Part shown: positions 45,509 through 54,491 of the stretch, piece by piece
Position numbering within the stretch: position 1 is the stretch's first letter
Layout of the letters: each line of letters opens with the position of its first letter
Source: Bryobacteraceae bacterium
GTDB taxonomy: Bacteria > Acidobacteriota > Terriglobia > Bryobacterales > Bryobacteraceae
Reading direction: 5' to 3'
Length of the DNA: 64,000 bases
NCBI GenBank assembly: GCA_035293845.1
Contig: DATGMB010000240.1
Coordinates: 1,476 to 65,475, forward strand
The notes under the pieces: model-generated
What the model was told of the DNA's origin: nothing
The model's input: the letters and a program-made list of their open reading frames with translations, nothing else
Database searches by the model: none
Made by a program: the position numbers and the translations under genes

Positions 45509-46618
45509 CTATCCCTCTTTTTTCTCCATCCAGCTCGACCAGTATTCCTTCCACTCCACCTGCTCGCCCGCGGGCAGAACGTGGATGGGGTTCAATCCAT
45601 CGAGCATCACGGCGTACTCGTCGGTCTGGGTCTTCTTCGCCTGGTTGGCCAGCGCCTTCGGATGCGGGCCGTGGTGGATGCCGCGCGGATGCAGCGTGGC
45701 GTACCCAGCCTTGATGTTGTCCTTGCTGAAGAAATCGCCGTCGTGGTAGAAGATGAACTCGTCGTAGTCGGTGTTGCGGTGGAAGAAGGGGACGCGCAGC
45801 GCCGCCGGGTCCTGTTCGAGCGGCCGCGGCAGGAAACTGCACACCACCGCGCCGCCCGTCATGAACGTAGTGTGGGCGCTCGGCGGCAGGTGCGCGCGGT
45901 GGCTCATGATCGGCCGGATATCCCGCATGTTGATCTTCCACACGGTCAGGTCGCCCTTCCACCCGACCACATCGATCGGATTGAACGGATAAACCACCTT
46001 CGAAATCTCATCTTCGACCTTGATCCGCACCTCCCATTCCCGGTGGTCGTCGAGATACGGCGCGGGCTCGGGCGTCGTGATCACGCCAGGATCGTAGAGC
46101 GCATGCTGGCCGATGAGTCCCTTATCCGGCTGCTCGAATTCGGTGCGGGATTGCACAATCAGGAAAAAGTTGTCCTGAGACTCCGGCATGATGCGGTACG
46201 TGACGGCGCGCGGGATCACGAGATAATCGCCGCGCTCGAAGCGCAGCGGCCCGAAATCCGTCTCGATGACGCCCTGGCCGCGGTGGACGAACAGCAATTC
46301 GTCGCCATCGGCGTTGCGGTAGTAGAAGGGCATCGGCTGGGAGCGGCGGGAGACGTAGAGGCGGATGTCATCATTGCCCAGGAATGCGACGGGCATGCCT
46401 TCGGGGTCGCGGCAGTCCGTGGGGGAGAGCTGGTTCAGGTCGAACAGGTGCGGCCGCAGCTTGCCTTCGAAGCGAATCCATCCCGTGGGTGGATGGGCGT
46501 GATACAGGTGAGCGCTCTTGCCGTAGAAACCCTTGCGGCCGTGCTCCTCCTCGTAGGTTCCTTCCGGGATGCCGACGTGGGCCTGCTGAGCGACCTTGCC
46601 CTTCTTCAGCGGGTACAT
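45509..46618 (-). CDS. hmgA: Homogentisate 1,2-dioxygenase-family cupin dioxygenase
   Basis: The 369-aa product reads ...FYYRNADGDELLFVHRGQGVIETDFGPL...FFHRNTDYDEF...LHPRGIHHGPHP. The gene symbol is tentative. Confidence 0.75.
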   Translation of the reverse strand: MYPLKKGKVAQQAHVGIPEGTYEEEHGRKGFYGKSAHLYHAHPPTGWIRFEGKLRPHLFDLNQLSPTDCRDPEGMPVAFLGNDDIRLYVSRRSQPMPFYYRNADGDELLFVHRGQGVIETDFGPLRFERGDYLVIPRAVTYRIMPESQDNFFLIVQSRTEFEQPDKGLIGQHALYDPGVITTPEPAPYLDDHREWEVRIKVEDEISKVVYPFNPIDVVGWKGDLTVWKINMRDIRPIMSHRAHLPPSAHTTFMTGGAVVCSFLPRPLEQDPAALRVPFFHRNTDYDEFIFYHDGDFFSKDNIKAGYATLHPRGIHHGPHPKALANQAKKTQTDEYAVMLDGLNPIHVLPAGEQVEWKEYWSSWMEKKEG

Positions 46619-46692
46619 GGGGTACCTCCGATTTCAGGATAGCCGCAAAAAGGCGGGTTGGGGACTGGCGGTTGGAGGGCGCGGAGGTGCGG

Positions 46693-46854
46693 TTATTCCT
46701 CTTCTTCCGGAGGCGGGGGCGTGGCCGGGGTCGAGATCACGTACTTCTCCGACGCCCAGTTGCCCAGATCGATGAGGCGGCAGCGCTCGCTGCAGAAGGG
46801 GAATTCGGCATCGCCGGGCTGGACCTCGACTTTTTTGCAGACCGGGCACTTCAT
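46693..46854 (-). CDS. yacG: DNA gyrase inhibitor YacG (zinc-finger, 53 aa); absent from the supplied ORF track
   Basis: My own translation is [53 protein letters not shown]. It matches the YacG pattern CP.C...PFCS.RC..IDLG.WA. Its ATG overlaps the rimO TGA (ATGA). Confidence 0.75.
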   Translation of the reverse strand: MKCPVCKKVEVQPGDAEFPFCSERCRLIDLGNWASEKYVISTPATPPPPEEEE

Positions 46855-48281
46855 ATGGCGATCTGAATGAGCGGCGCGGGCTCAAAGCGGGGCGCTTCTT
46901 CCGTTCCCGGCAGCAAGGTGCCGACGAGATCGTAATCGTGCGCTTCGGTGACGCGCAGGCGGCGGATTTCGCCCTGCCGCGGTGCGGCGCCTTCGAAATC
47001 GTTGATCAGGACGACGCCGTCGATTTCGGGCGCCTGGGTCGGAAGGCGGCCTTCCCAAAGCAGGTCGGTCTCGCGCGAAGGGCCCTCGACCAGCACCGGT
47101 AATTCAGAGCCCACCAGCGCGCGGTTGCGCCGGCGCGCGATGCGGCGCTGGATCGCCATCAGGCGGCGCTTGCGGTTGTGGATGGTGCGGCCGTCCACCT
47201 TGCCGTCCAGGTGGAAGCTGGCGCTGGTGTCCTCGTCGGAATAGGTGAACACGCCGAGGTTATCGAAGCGGGCGGCTTCGACAAATTGGCAGAGCTCGTC
47301 GAAATCCGCGGCCGTTTCGCCGGGGAAGCCGACGATCATGCTGGTGCGGATGGCGACTCCGGGAATCGTGCGGCGGATGCGCTCGATCAGCTTCAGGAAG
47401 ATCTCACCCGAAGCGCCGCGCTTCATGCGCTTCAGAACGGCCGCGCTCGCGTGCTGCAGCGGCATGTCGATGTATTTGACCAGGGAGGGGTGCTCCGCGA
47501 TGGTATCGAGCAGCCGCTGCGTGACCTTGTTGGGGTACGCATAGAGGAAGCGGACCCACTTCTCGTGCGGCGTTTCGATTTGGGCGAGGCGCGCGAGCAG
47601 GTGGGCGAGGCCGTCCTTCAGGCCGAGGTCTTCGCCATAGCAGGTGGTGTCCTGGCCGATCAGATTGATCTCGCGGATGCCCTGCCGGAAGAGGCGGGTC
47701 GCCTCCGTGACGACGGATTCGAAGCGGCGGCTGCGAAACGCGCCGCGGTATTGCGGGATCACGCAGAAGGTGCAGGGGTGGTCGCAGCCCTCGGCGATTT
47801 TCATGTAGGCGAAGTGGCGCGGTGTGGCGAGGACGCGCGGCGTGAGGTCGTGATAGAGGTACGGCTCCGCGGCGCCGGCGCCGGGCGCTGACGAGCCTTC
47901 GCAGAGATCCACAATCCGGTCCAGCTCGTTGGTGCCGACCAGCGCATCGACCTCGGGCATCTCCTGGCGGATATCGCCGTGGTAGCGTTCCACCAGACAG
48001 CCCGCGACGATCAGCTTTTGCGCGCGGCCGATCTTTTTGTACTCCGCCATCTCGAGGATGGTATCGACGGATTCCTTCTTGGCGGGGTCGATGAAGCTGC
48101 ACGTGTTGACCACCAGGACATCGGCCTGATCGGGATGAGGAGTGAGCTCGTGGCCCCGGGCGACGAGCTGGCCCATCATGACCTCGCTATCGACCAGATT
48201 TTTGGGGCAGCCCAGAGAAATGAAACCGACTTTCAAGCGTGTGCACCAAACGGAAGTTGGGATCTTCCTCCAGGATACCAT
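46851..48281 (-). CDS. rimO: Ribosomal protein S12 methylthiotransferase
   Basis: The UPF0004 N-domain reads [16 protein letters not shown]...VVNTCSFI, the radical-SAM motif is [15 protein letters not shown], and a C-terminal TRAM domain follows. The start is ambiguous (ATG 48281, TTG 48236 or ATG 48323). ATG 48323 lies in the loop of an upstream hairpin, so I disfavour it. Confidence 0.85.
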   Translation of the reverse strand: MVSWRKIPTSVWCTRLKVGFISLGCPKNLVDSEVMMGQLVARGHELTPHPDQADVLVVNTCSFIDPAKKESVDTILEMAEYKKIGRAQKLIVAGCLVERYHGDIRQEMPEVDALVGTNELDRIVDLCEGSSAPGAGAAEPYLYHDLTPRVLATPRHFAYMKIAEGCDHPCTFCVIPQYRGAFRSRRFESVVTEATRLFRQGIREINLIGQDTTCYGEDLGLKDGLAHLLARLAQIETPHEKWVRFLYAYPNKVTQRLLDTIAEHPSLVKYIDMPLQHASAAVLKRMKRGASGEIFLKLIERIRRTIPGVAIRTSMIVGFPGETAADFDELCQFVEAARFDNLGVFTYSDEDTSASFHLDGKVDGRTIHNRKRRLMAIQRRIARRRNRALVGSELPVLVEGPSRETDLLWEGRLPTQAPEIDGVVLINDFEGAAPRQGEIRRLRVTEAHDYDLVGTLLPGTEEAPRFEPAPLIQIAI

Positions 48282-48288
48282 TGCGCTT

Positions 48289-48353
48289 GACGCAGAGACG
48301 GGGAGACGCAGAGGGATAATCATGGGTTCCTCCGTGTCTCTGCGTCTCTCGTC
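48289..48353. repeat. Inverted repeat built from tandem octamers (ACGCAGAG/ACGGGGAG)
   Basis: The left arm gacgcagagacggggagacgcagaggg faces the right arm cctccgtgtctctgcgtctctcgtc. A perfect 11-bp stem pairs 48303-48313 with 48338-48348. It lies in the divergent rimO / GH5-like intergenic region. Confidence 0.7.
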
Positions 48354-48430
48354 AAAGCGAGAGCTGCAAGCTTGACGGAAGCCCGCGCAACACGGTATTG
48401 TCGGACCAATCTCGCTTTGCCTGAAACGAA

Positions 48431-49588
48431 ATGAAACGCTTACTCATCGCCCTCCTGCTGATCGCAGCATCGGCGCTGACGCAGTCGCAGAAATGGCCCG
48501 AAGAGAAGGCCAACGACTGGTATGCGCGGCAGCCGTGGCTGGTGGGCAGCAATTATATTCCGGCCTACGCGGTCAACCAGTTGGAGATGTGGCAGGCGGA
48601 CACGTTCGACCTGGACCGCATCAACCTGGAGTTCATCTGGGCGGAGAACCTGGGGATGAACACCATGCGGGTGTTCCTGCACGACCTGCTGTGGAAGCAG
48701 GATCCTTCGGGCTTCCGGTCGCGCATCAACAAGTTCCTCGGCGTGGCAAAGCGGCACCACATCCGGCCGATCTTCGTGTTGCTCGATTCCTGCTGGGACC
48801 CGTTCCCCGAAATGTTCCACCAGCGGCCGCCGCAGCCGGGGATTCACAACTCGCGATGGGTGCAGAGTCCGGGCGCCAACGCGCTGGCGGACCCCAAGCA
48901 GGAGCTCCGCATCCTCGAGTACGTGCAGAACGTGATCCTGGCGTTCGCCGATGACGACCGCATTCTGGCCTGGGATGTGTGGAACGAGCCGGACAACCTG
49001 AATCAGTCGAGCTACGGGAAAGTGGAGGACCCCAACAAGCTGCAGCACGTGACCGCGCTGCTGCCGAAGGTGTTCCAGTATGCGCGATCCGGCCGGCCGA
49101 CGCAGCCGCTGACCTCCGGGCTGTGGCACGGCGACTGGTCCTCGCCCGAAAAGCTGAGCGCGATCGAGAAGATCCAGGTCGAGCAATCGGATTTCATTTC
49201 GTTCCACAACTACGGCAAGCCGGAAGAGTTCACGAAGCGCGTCGAGGAGCTGCAACAGTTCAAGCGCCCGATCTTCTGCACGGAGTACATGGCGCGGACC
49301 AACGGCAGCACGTTCCAGGGGATTCTGCCGATCGCCAAGAAGTACCGCGTGGCGGCCTACAACTGGGGGCTGGTGGCGGGCAAGACCCAGACCTGGCTGC
49401 CGTGGGATTCCTGGCAGCACCCGTATGCCGGCGACCGGCAGGCGCCATCGGTCTGGTTCCACGATATCTTCCGGACCAACGGCGTGCCGTATAGCCAGGA
49501 GGAAGTGGATTTCATCAAGACCATCATCGGGGAAGCGCAGCAGCAGTCGCAGGGGAAGGCGAAGAAGAAGAGCTCGGGAGCGCTGTAG
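48431..49588 (+). CDS. Clan GH-A glycoside hydrolase (GH5-like endoglycanase), secreted
   Basis: The signal peptide is MKRLLIALLLIAASALTQS. The acid/base-like motif is AWDVWNEPDN and the nucleophile-like motif is IFCTEYMA. Confidence 0.65.
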   Translation: MKRLLIALLLIAASALTQSQKWPEEKANDWYARQPWLVGSNYIPAYAVNQLEMWQADTFDLDRINLEFIWAENLGMNTMRVFLHDLLWKQDPSGFRSRINKFLGVAKRHHIRPIFVLLDSCWDPFPEMFHQRPPQPGIHNSRWVQSPGANALADPKQELRILEYVQNVILAFADDDRILAWDVWNEPDNLNQSSYGKVEDPNKLQHVTALLPKVFQYARSGRPTQPLTSGLWHGDWSSPEKLSAIEKIQVEQSDFISFHNYGKPEEFTKRVEELQQFKRPIFCTEYMARTNGSTFQGILPIAKKYRVAAYNWGLVAGKTQTWLPWDSWQHPYAGDRQAPSVWFHDIFRTNGVPYSQEEVDFIKTIIGEAQQQSQGKAKKKSSGAL

Positions 49589-49593
49589 CGCGG

Positions 49594-49980
49594 TTAGCTC
49601 GCTCCGTGCCTTCGGCGCCGCTCCGCCGCCCGGACTTCGAGTTCGTTCAGCCCGAAATAGTGGGCCACTTCATGCCAGACGGTTTCGTCCACCATGCGCT
49701 TCAGGTGTTCGGGGCTGTGCGCGAGGCGTTCGTGCGGTCCCTGGAAAATCACGATCCGGTCCGGCATGGCGTACGGCTCGAACACGCTGCGCGTGGGTAG
49801 CGGCCGGCCTTCGTAGAGACCCAGCAGCGTCCCGCCGCGCGGCACGCCGCCGCGCGCGAGTTGCGCCGGCGAGGGTTCCGCTTCCACCAGGATCGCCACG
49901 TTCTGCAGACGGCGGCGGAAGCGCGTGGGAATGCGGGCGCAGGCCTCGGCGACCAGGCGGTCGAACTCGCGGGAATCCAT
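49594..49980 (-). CDS. Zincin-like metallopeptidase family protein (DUF1025/Zincin_1)
   Basis: The 128-aa product carries the HExxH-like motif TVWHEVAHYFGL near the C-terminus. Confidence 0.7.
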   Translation of the reverse strand: MDSREFDRLVAEACARIPTRFRRRLQNVAILVEAEPSPAQLARGGVPRGGTLLGLYEGRPLPTRSVFEPYAMPDRIVIFQGPHERLAHSPEHLKRMVDETVWHEVAHYFGLNELEVRAAERRRRHGAS

Positions 49981-50046
49981 CTGTTGTTATTCTATTTCCC
50001 GGCCGAAACCGCCGCTGAGAGTGGATGCGCGCCAGGCTCGTGGCGG

Positions 50047-50141
50047 ACGAAAAACCGCTAACGATTAGCGGCCGATCACGCTAACCTGCTGATTCCACAA
50101 GTCCGAAAATTCCAAAACCGCTAAAATTAGCGGTTTTTCGT
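50047..50141. repeat. 95-bp AT-rich element bounded by perfect 15-bp terminal inverted repeats (ACGAAAAACCGCTAA ... TTAGCGGTTTTTCGT), each end forming its own CCGCTAA/TTAGCGG hairpin
   Basis: Read directly. Hairpin 1 pairs 50055-50061 with 50065-50071 and has its U-tail on the minus strand. Hairpin 2 pairs 50114-50124 with 50127-50137 and has its U-tail on the plus strand. It could be MITE-like or a pair of outward-facing terminators. Confidence 0.6.
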
Positions 50142-50280
50142 TTCTCGAAGCGATTTCACGGCCCGCTTCCGGCTGGCTGGACCCCCGTGCTGCCGACTTG
50201 CCGGGCTCCGGATTCGAGCCAGTCATCCGTGTCCGCAACGAGGAGCGGAAAATCGGCGGGGCCTGCTGTTATTCTATTTT

Positions 50281-50973
50281 TTGGCCGCTAACCAAACCAG
50301 ACGAATCGTAGTCGCCATCGACGGCCCATCCGGCGCGGGCAAAAGCACCATCGCGCGGCGCGTCGCCGAACGCCTCGGCTTCACCTATATCGATACCGGC
50401 GCCATGTACCGCGCCGTGGCGCTGTGGGGCGTGCGCCAGGGCGTGAGCCCGGACGATATGCACCGCATGGAGCAGCTTGCGCTGGCGGCGACCATCGACC
50501 TCTCGCCCGGCCGCATCTGCCTCAACGGAGAAGATGTGACCGAGGCCATCCGCACGCCCGAGGTCTCGAACGGCGCCTCGCGAATCGCCGTCATCCCGGG
50601 CGTCCGCCGCGCCATGGTCGCCAAACAGCGCGAGCTGGGCGAGCGCATGAGCGTGGTGATGGAAGGCCGCGATATCGGCACGGTGGTATTTCCCCGCGCG
50701 GACGTCAAAATCTACCTGGATGCCCACCCTCCGGAGCGCGTCCGCCGGCGCCTGAAGGAAGTGAACGCCAAAGGCGAAACGGTCACCGAGGCGGACCTGA
50801 CGGCGCAGATGCGGGAGCGGGACCAGCGCGACAGCACGCGCGCCGATGCGCCGCTCTCGCAGGCGCCCGATGCCGTCTATCTCGACTCCACGGGTCTCAG
50901 CATCGAGGAGGTCGAAGAAGCGGTGCTGCGCATCGTGCGCTCGCGCGTGAGCAACGGAAAGGAAATGCGGTGA
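50281..50973 (+). CDS. cmk: Cytidylate kinase
   Basis: The start is TTG. The P-loop reads VAIDGPSGAGKSTIARRVA and is followed by YIDTGAMYRAV. Confidence 0.9.
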   Translation: MAANQTRRIVVAIDGPSGAGKSTIARRVAERLGFTYIDTGAMYRAVALWGVRQGVSPDDMHRMEQLALAATIDLSPGRICLNGEDVTEAIRTPEVSNGASRIAVIPGVRRAMVAKQRELGERMSVVMEGRDIGTVVFPRADVKIYLDAHPPERVRRRLKEVNAKGETVTEADLTAQMRERDQRDSTRADAPLSQAPDAVYLDSTGLSIEEVEEAVLRIVRSRVSNGKEMR

Positions 50974-52427
50974 AGGATCTGCTCGTGATGAAATTCGGCG
51001 GCACCAGCGTGGGCTCGGCCGAGCGCATGCGCGCCGCCGCCCGTCTCGCCGCCGAGGAAGTCCGGCGGCGGCCCGTGGTGCTGGTGGTTTCGGCGATGTC
51101 CAAAATCACCGACCTGCTGCTCGATACCATGCGGCACGCCGAAGGCGGCGACCAGGCCGGGATCGGGCGCAACCTCGCCGCGCTGCGCGAGCGCCACGAA
51201 CAGGCCTGCCGCGAGCTGCTGCCGGAGCCTTGCCAGGCCGCCGCGCTGGCGCAGGTCCGCGAGCTGATCGCCGAATTCGAGCGCATCGTGCGCGGCATGG
51301 CGCTGCTCAACGAGCGGCCGCCGCGGTCCGTGGATGAAGCGGTGGCGGCCGGCGAACGGCTCTCCTCGGTGCTTGTGGCCGCGCACCTGAACGCCGAAGG
51401 CATTCCGGCCGCGGCGGTCAACGCCTGGAACGTGGTGGTCACGGACGCCGTTTTCGGCAATGCCTCGCCCCTCATGGAGCCCACCCGTGAAAAGGCGAAG
51501 GCGGCGCTGCTGCCGCTGCTGGCCGAAGGGCGAATGCCCGTGGTCACCGGGTTCAACGGCGCGACCGCCGACGGCCGCCCGACCACGCTGGGGCGCGGCG
51601 GCTCCGATTTTTCGGCTTCGATTATTGCCGCCGCTCTCGACGCGGCCGAGCTGTGGATCTGGACCGACGTCGATGGCATCATGAGCGCCGATCCGCGCCT
51701 GGTGCCGGACGCCCAGGTGCTGGCCGAAATCACCTACGCCGAAGCGGCCGAGCTGGCTTATAACGGCGCCAAAGTGCTGCACCCGCGGACGCTGGCGCCG
51801 CTGGTCGAAAAGAAGATTCCGGTCTGGAGTAAGAACAGCTTCGCGCCGGAAAAACCGGGGACGAAGATCGTGCCCGCGGTAGCGTTCGCGGGCGGCGCGC
51901 GCGCCGTGGCTTCCATGCCCAACGTGGCGCTGGTGTCGCTCGAGCCGGCCAGCCCCGAGCTGAACGGCGTGCAGGTCATGGCGCGGGCGCTCGATGCCGT
52001 GGCGCGGTCCAACGTCGAGGTGCTGTTGCTTTCGAGCTCCAGTTACCGCCAGAATTTCTGCTTCCTGGTGCGGCAGGAGGAACTGGAGCGCTCGGTGGCG
52101 GCCATTGAAGCGGCGCTCGCGCTGGAGCTCGCCCACGGCTATCTCAAGCCATTGCAGGTTGACCGCCAGGTCGGGCTGCTGGCCGCGGTCGGGGAGGGCA
52201 TGCAGGGGCAGGCCGGCCTTGCGGGCCGCATTTTTACGGCCATCTCCCGCGCCCATGTGAACGTCATCGCCATCGCACAGGGATCGAGCGAGCTCACCAT
52301 CGCGGTTGTGGTGGGCCGCGACGGCCTCGAACGGGCCGTCCGCGCGGTGCATGCCGAATGCGGCCTCGGCCTGCGCCCGCCGATGCCGGTGTTTACGTTT
52401 CCGATGGCAAGGCGGAGAGAGGAATAG
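50970..52427 (+). CDS. lysC: Aspartate kinase
   Basis: The GTG start overlaps the cmk stop (GTGA). The N-terminus is (M)KDLLVMKFGGTSVGSAERM, with LGRGGSDFSA and C-terminal ACT domains. The TAG stop (52425-52427) lies inside the heptamer repeat. Confidence 0.9.
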   Translation: MKDLLVMKFGGTSVGSAERMRAAARLAAEEVRRRPVVLVVSAMSKITDLLLDTMRHAEGGDQAGIGRNLAALRERHEQACRELLPEPCQAAALAQVRELIAEFERIVRGMALLNERPPRSVDEAVAAGERLSSVLVAAHLNAEGIPAAAVNAWNVVVTDAVFGNASPLMEPTREKAKAALLPLLAEGRMPVVTGFNGATADGRPTTLGRGGSDFSASIIAAALDAAELWIWTDVDGIMSADPRLVPDAQVLAEITYAEAAELAYNGAKVLHPRTLAPLVEKKIPVWSKNSFAPEKPGTKIVPAVAFAGGARAVASMPNVALVSLEPASPELNGVQVMARALDAVARSNVEVLLLSSSSYRQNFCFLVRQEELERSVAAIEAALALELAHGYLKPLQVDRQVGLLAAVGEGMQGQAGLAGRIFTAISRAHVNVIAIAQGSSELTIAVVVGRDGLERAVRAVHAECGLGLRPPMPVFTFPMARRREE

Positions 52428-52505
52428 GAGTCAGGAGCCAGGAGACAGGAGCGGGAATTGCGGCGCCGGCCGCTCCTGACTCGTGTCTTCTGACTCCTCA
52501 CTCCC
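52415..52505. repeat. AGGAG-heptamer / CTCCT inverted-repeat hairpin (family locus B)
   Basis: The sequence reads gagagaggaataggagtcaggagccaggagacaggagcgg ... ccgctcctgactcgtgtcttctgactcctcactccc. The inner perfect 9-bp stem pairs 52446-52454 with 52470-52478 around a 15-nt loop. An outer stem pairs ggagtcag with ctgactcc. Confidence 0.8.
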
Positions 52506-52519
52506 TTCTTCGCTATAAT
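52490..52519 (+). promoter_or_regulatory. Candidate sigma-70 promoter for ppiD
   Basis: CTGACT (4/6 to TTGACA) lies 18 nt upstream of a perfect TATAAT (52514-52519), about 40 nt upstream of the ppiD ATG. The -35 element is embedded in the right arm of the repeat. This is sequence-pattern evidence only. Confidence 0.3.
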
Positions 52520-52558
52520 GGTATTTCCGCATAGGAGTCCAGGAGTCTTCTCACACAT

Positions 52559-54487
52559 ATGTTTGATCTGTTTCGCAGCCGAGATAAAGCCGTGCGCATC
52601 CTGCTCGGGGCGCTACTGGTTCTGGTGGCGCTGTCGATGCTGACTTACCTCATCCCCAGCTACGGCAACGGCGGATCGGCTGACACCAGCATCGTAGCCG
52701 AAGTCGGCAAGGAGCCCATCACCCAGCTCGAAGTGCAGCGGATCGTCCAGAACAGCATGCGGGGCCGCCAGCTTCCGCCCGAGCTGCTGCCGAACTACGT
52801 GCCTCAGATTGTCGATAACATCGTCACGGAGCGAGCCCTCGAGTATGAGGCCCGCCGCCTCGGTCTGCAGGTGACCGACGCGCAGGTGAGCGACTACATC
52901 CGGCAGAACGTGCCGATGCTGTTTCAGGACGGCAAATTCGTGGGCACGCAGGCCTATGCGGCGTTCCTGGCCCAGCAAAATATGAGCATCCCGCAGTTTG
53001 AAAATGAGGTCCGCCGCCAGTTGCTGGTGACGCGCATGCGGGATATCGCGGTGCAGGGCGTGGTGGTGACGCCGCAGGAAATCGAGCAGGAATACCGCCG
53101 CAAGAACGAGAAGATCAAGATCGCTTACGTAAAGATTCCGTCCGACAAGTACAAGGCGGAAGTTGAGCCCACCCCGGCCGAAATCGAGCAGAACTTCAAG
53201 ATCAACCAGGCGAAATACAACGTCCCGGAGCGCCGTAACCTGGCGATCCTGATCGCCGACCAGGCCAAGCTGGAGCAGACGGTCAGCCCGACCGATGCCG
53301 ATCTGCAGCGTATCTACAATCAGAACCAGTCCAACTACCGCGTTCCCGAGCAGGTCAAGGTGCGGCACATCCTGCTGAAGACGATGGGAAAGCCGGCATC
53401 GGATGAGGCCGCCATCAAGGCCAAGGCGGAAGATATTCTCAAGCAGGTGAAGGCCGGCGCGAATTTCGCCGACCTGGTGAAGAAGTACTCCGAGGACCCC
53501 GGTTCTGTGAATAGCGGCGGCGAATACACCGTGCAGCGCAACGGCCAGATGGTGAAGGAGTTTGAAGACGCAGCCTTCCGGCTGAAGCCCGGCGAGAGCG
53601 AAATCGTCAAGACGACCTACGGCTACCACGTTTTTCAGGTGATGCAGCACGACCCCGCGCGGCTGAAGCCGTTCGATGAGGTCAAGGCTCAGATCGCCGC
53701 GGATTGGAAGAAGCAGCGCGTCAACGACATGCTGCAGAACATCGAGGACAAGGCGCAGGGACTCCTGCAGAAGGACCCGGCGCATCCCGAGCAGGTGGCT
53801 GCTTCGTTGAACATGCAGGTGGTGCGGGCCGAAAACGTGGAGCCCGGCAAGCCGCTTCCGGAGATCGGTGTCAACAACGATTTCGACCAGGCCATCACGG
53901 GGCTAAAGGCGGGTGAAGTTTCGGCGCCCGTGGCCCTGCCCGGCAACAAGATCGCGCTCGCGGTCGTCACCGCCGTCCAGCCCGCCCGGCCGGCGACCCT
54001 CGACGAAGTGCGAAGCCAGGTGCGCGATGCCATGGTGCAGAACCGCCTCGCCGCCGCCGTGCAGAAGCACGCCAAGGAGCTGGTGGACAACGCCAAGGCG
54101 AATGGCGGCGACCTGGCCAAAGCCGCCAAGTCTATGGGCCTCGAAGCCAAGACGTCCGATGAAATCAAACGGGACGGCGCGATCGAAGGTGTCGGCTCCG
54201 CCGCCTACGTCCAGGAAGCCTTCCTGGACAAGGACGGGACGGTGTTCGGGCCGATTCCCACGCCGGATGGCACGCTCGTGGTCGAGGTGCTCAACCACAT
54301 CCCGCCGGACATGTCGAAGCTGCCCGAGCAGCGCGCGGCGATTCGCGACGATCTGAAGCGGACCAAAGCGACCGATCGCGATTCGCTGTTCGAAGCCGGC
54401 CTGCGCGCCTCGCTCATCAAGCAGGGGACCATCAAGATCCACCAGGATGTGATCAACCGCATGATCGCCAATTACCGGGGCGCGTAA
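52559..54487 (+). CDS. ppiD: Periplasmic chaperone / peptidyl-prolyl isomerase PpiD (SurA-N + parvulin)
   Basis: The N-terminal TM anchor is ILLGALLVLVALSMLTYLI. The parvulin domain reads VKVRHILLKT...ADLVKKYSEDPGS...TYGYHVFQV. The product is 642 aa. Confidence 0.8.
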   Translation: MFDLFRSRDKAVRILLGALLVLVALSMLTYLIPSYGNGGSADTSIVAEVGKEPITQLEVQRIVQNSMRGRQLPPELLPNYVPQIVDNIVTERALEYEARRLGLQVTDAQVSDYIRQNVPMLFQDGKFVGTQAYAAFLAQQNMSIPQFENEVRRQLLVTRMRDIAVQGVVVTPQEIEQEYRRKNEKIKIAYVKIPSDKYKAEVEPTPAEIEQNFKINQAKYNVPERRNLAILIADQAKLEQTVSPTDADLQRIYNQNQSNYRVPEQVKVRHILLKTMGKPASDEAAIKAKAEDILKQVKAGANFADLVKKYSEDPGSVNSGGEYTVQRNGQMVKEFEDAAFRLKPGESEIVKTTYGYHVFQVMQHDPARLKPFDEVKAQIAADWKKQRVNDMLQNIEDKAQGLLQKDPAHPEQVAASLNMQVVRAENVEPGKPLPEIGVNNDFDQAITGLKAGEVSAPVALPGNKIALAVVTAVQPARPATLDEVRSQVRDAMVQNRLAAAVQKHAKELVDNAKANGGDLAKAAKSMGLEAKTSDEIKRDGAIEGVGSAAYVQEAFLDKDGTVFGPIPTPDGTLVVEVLNHIPPDMSKLPEQRAAIRDDLKRTKATDRDSLFEAGLRASLIKQGTIKIHQDVINRMIANYRGA

Positions 54488-54491
54488 CCGC

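Noticed and set aside
48431-49588. The GH5-like gene as a low-GC island.
   Set aside because: On inspection its third codon positions remain strongly G/C-biased. The overall GC is only mildly lower, so I make no island claim.
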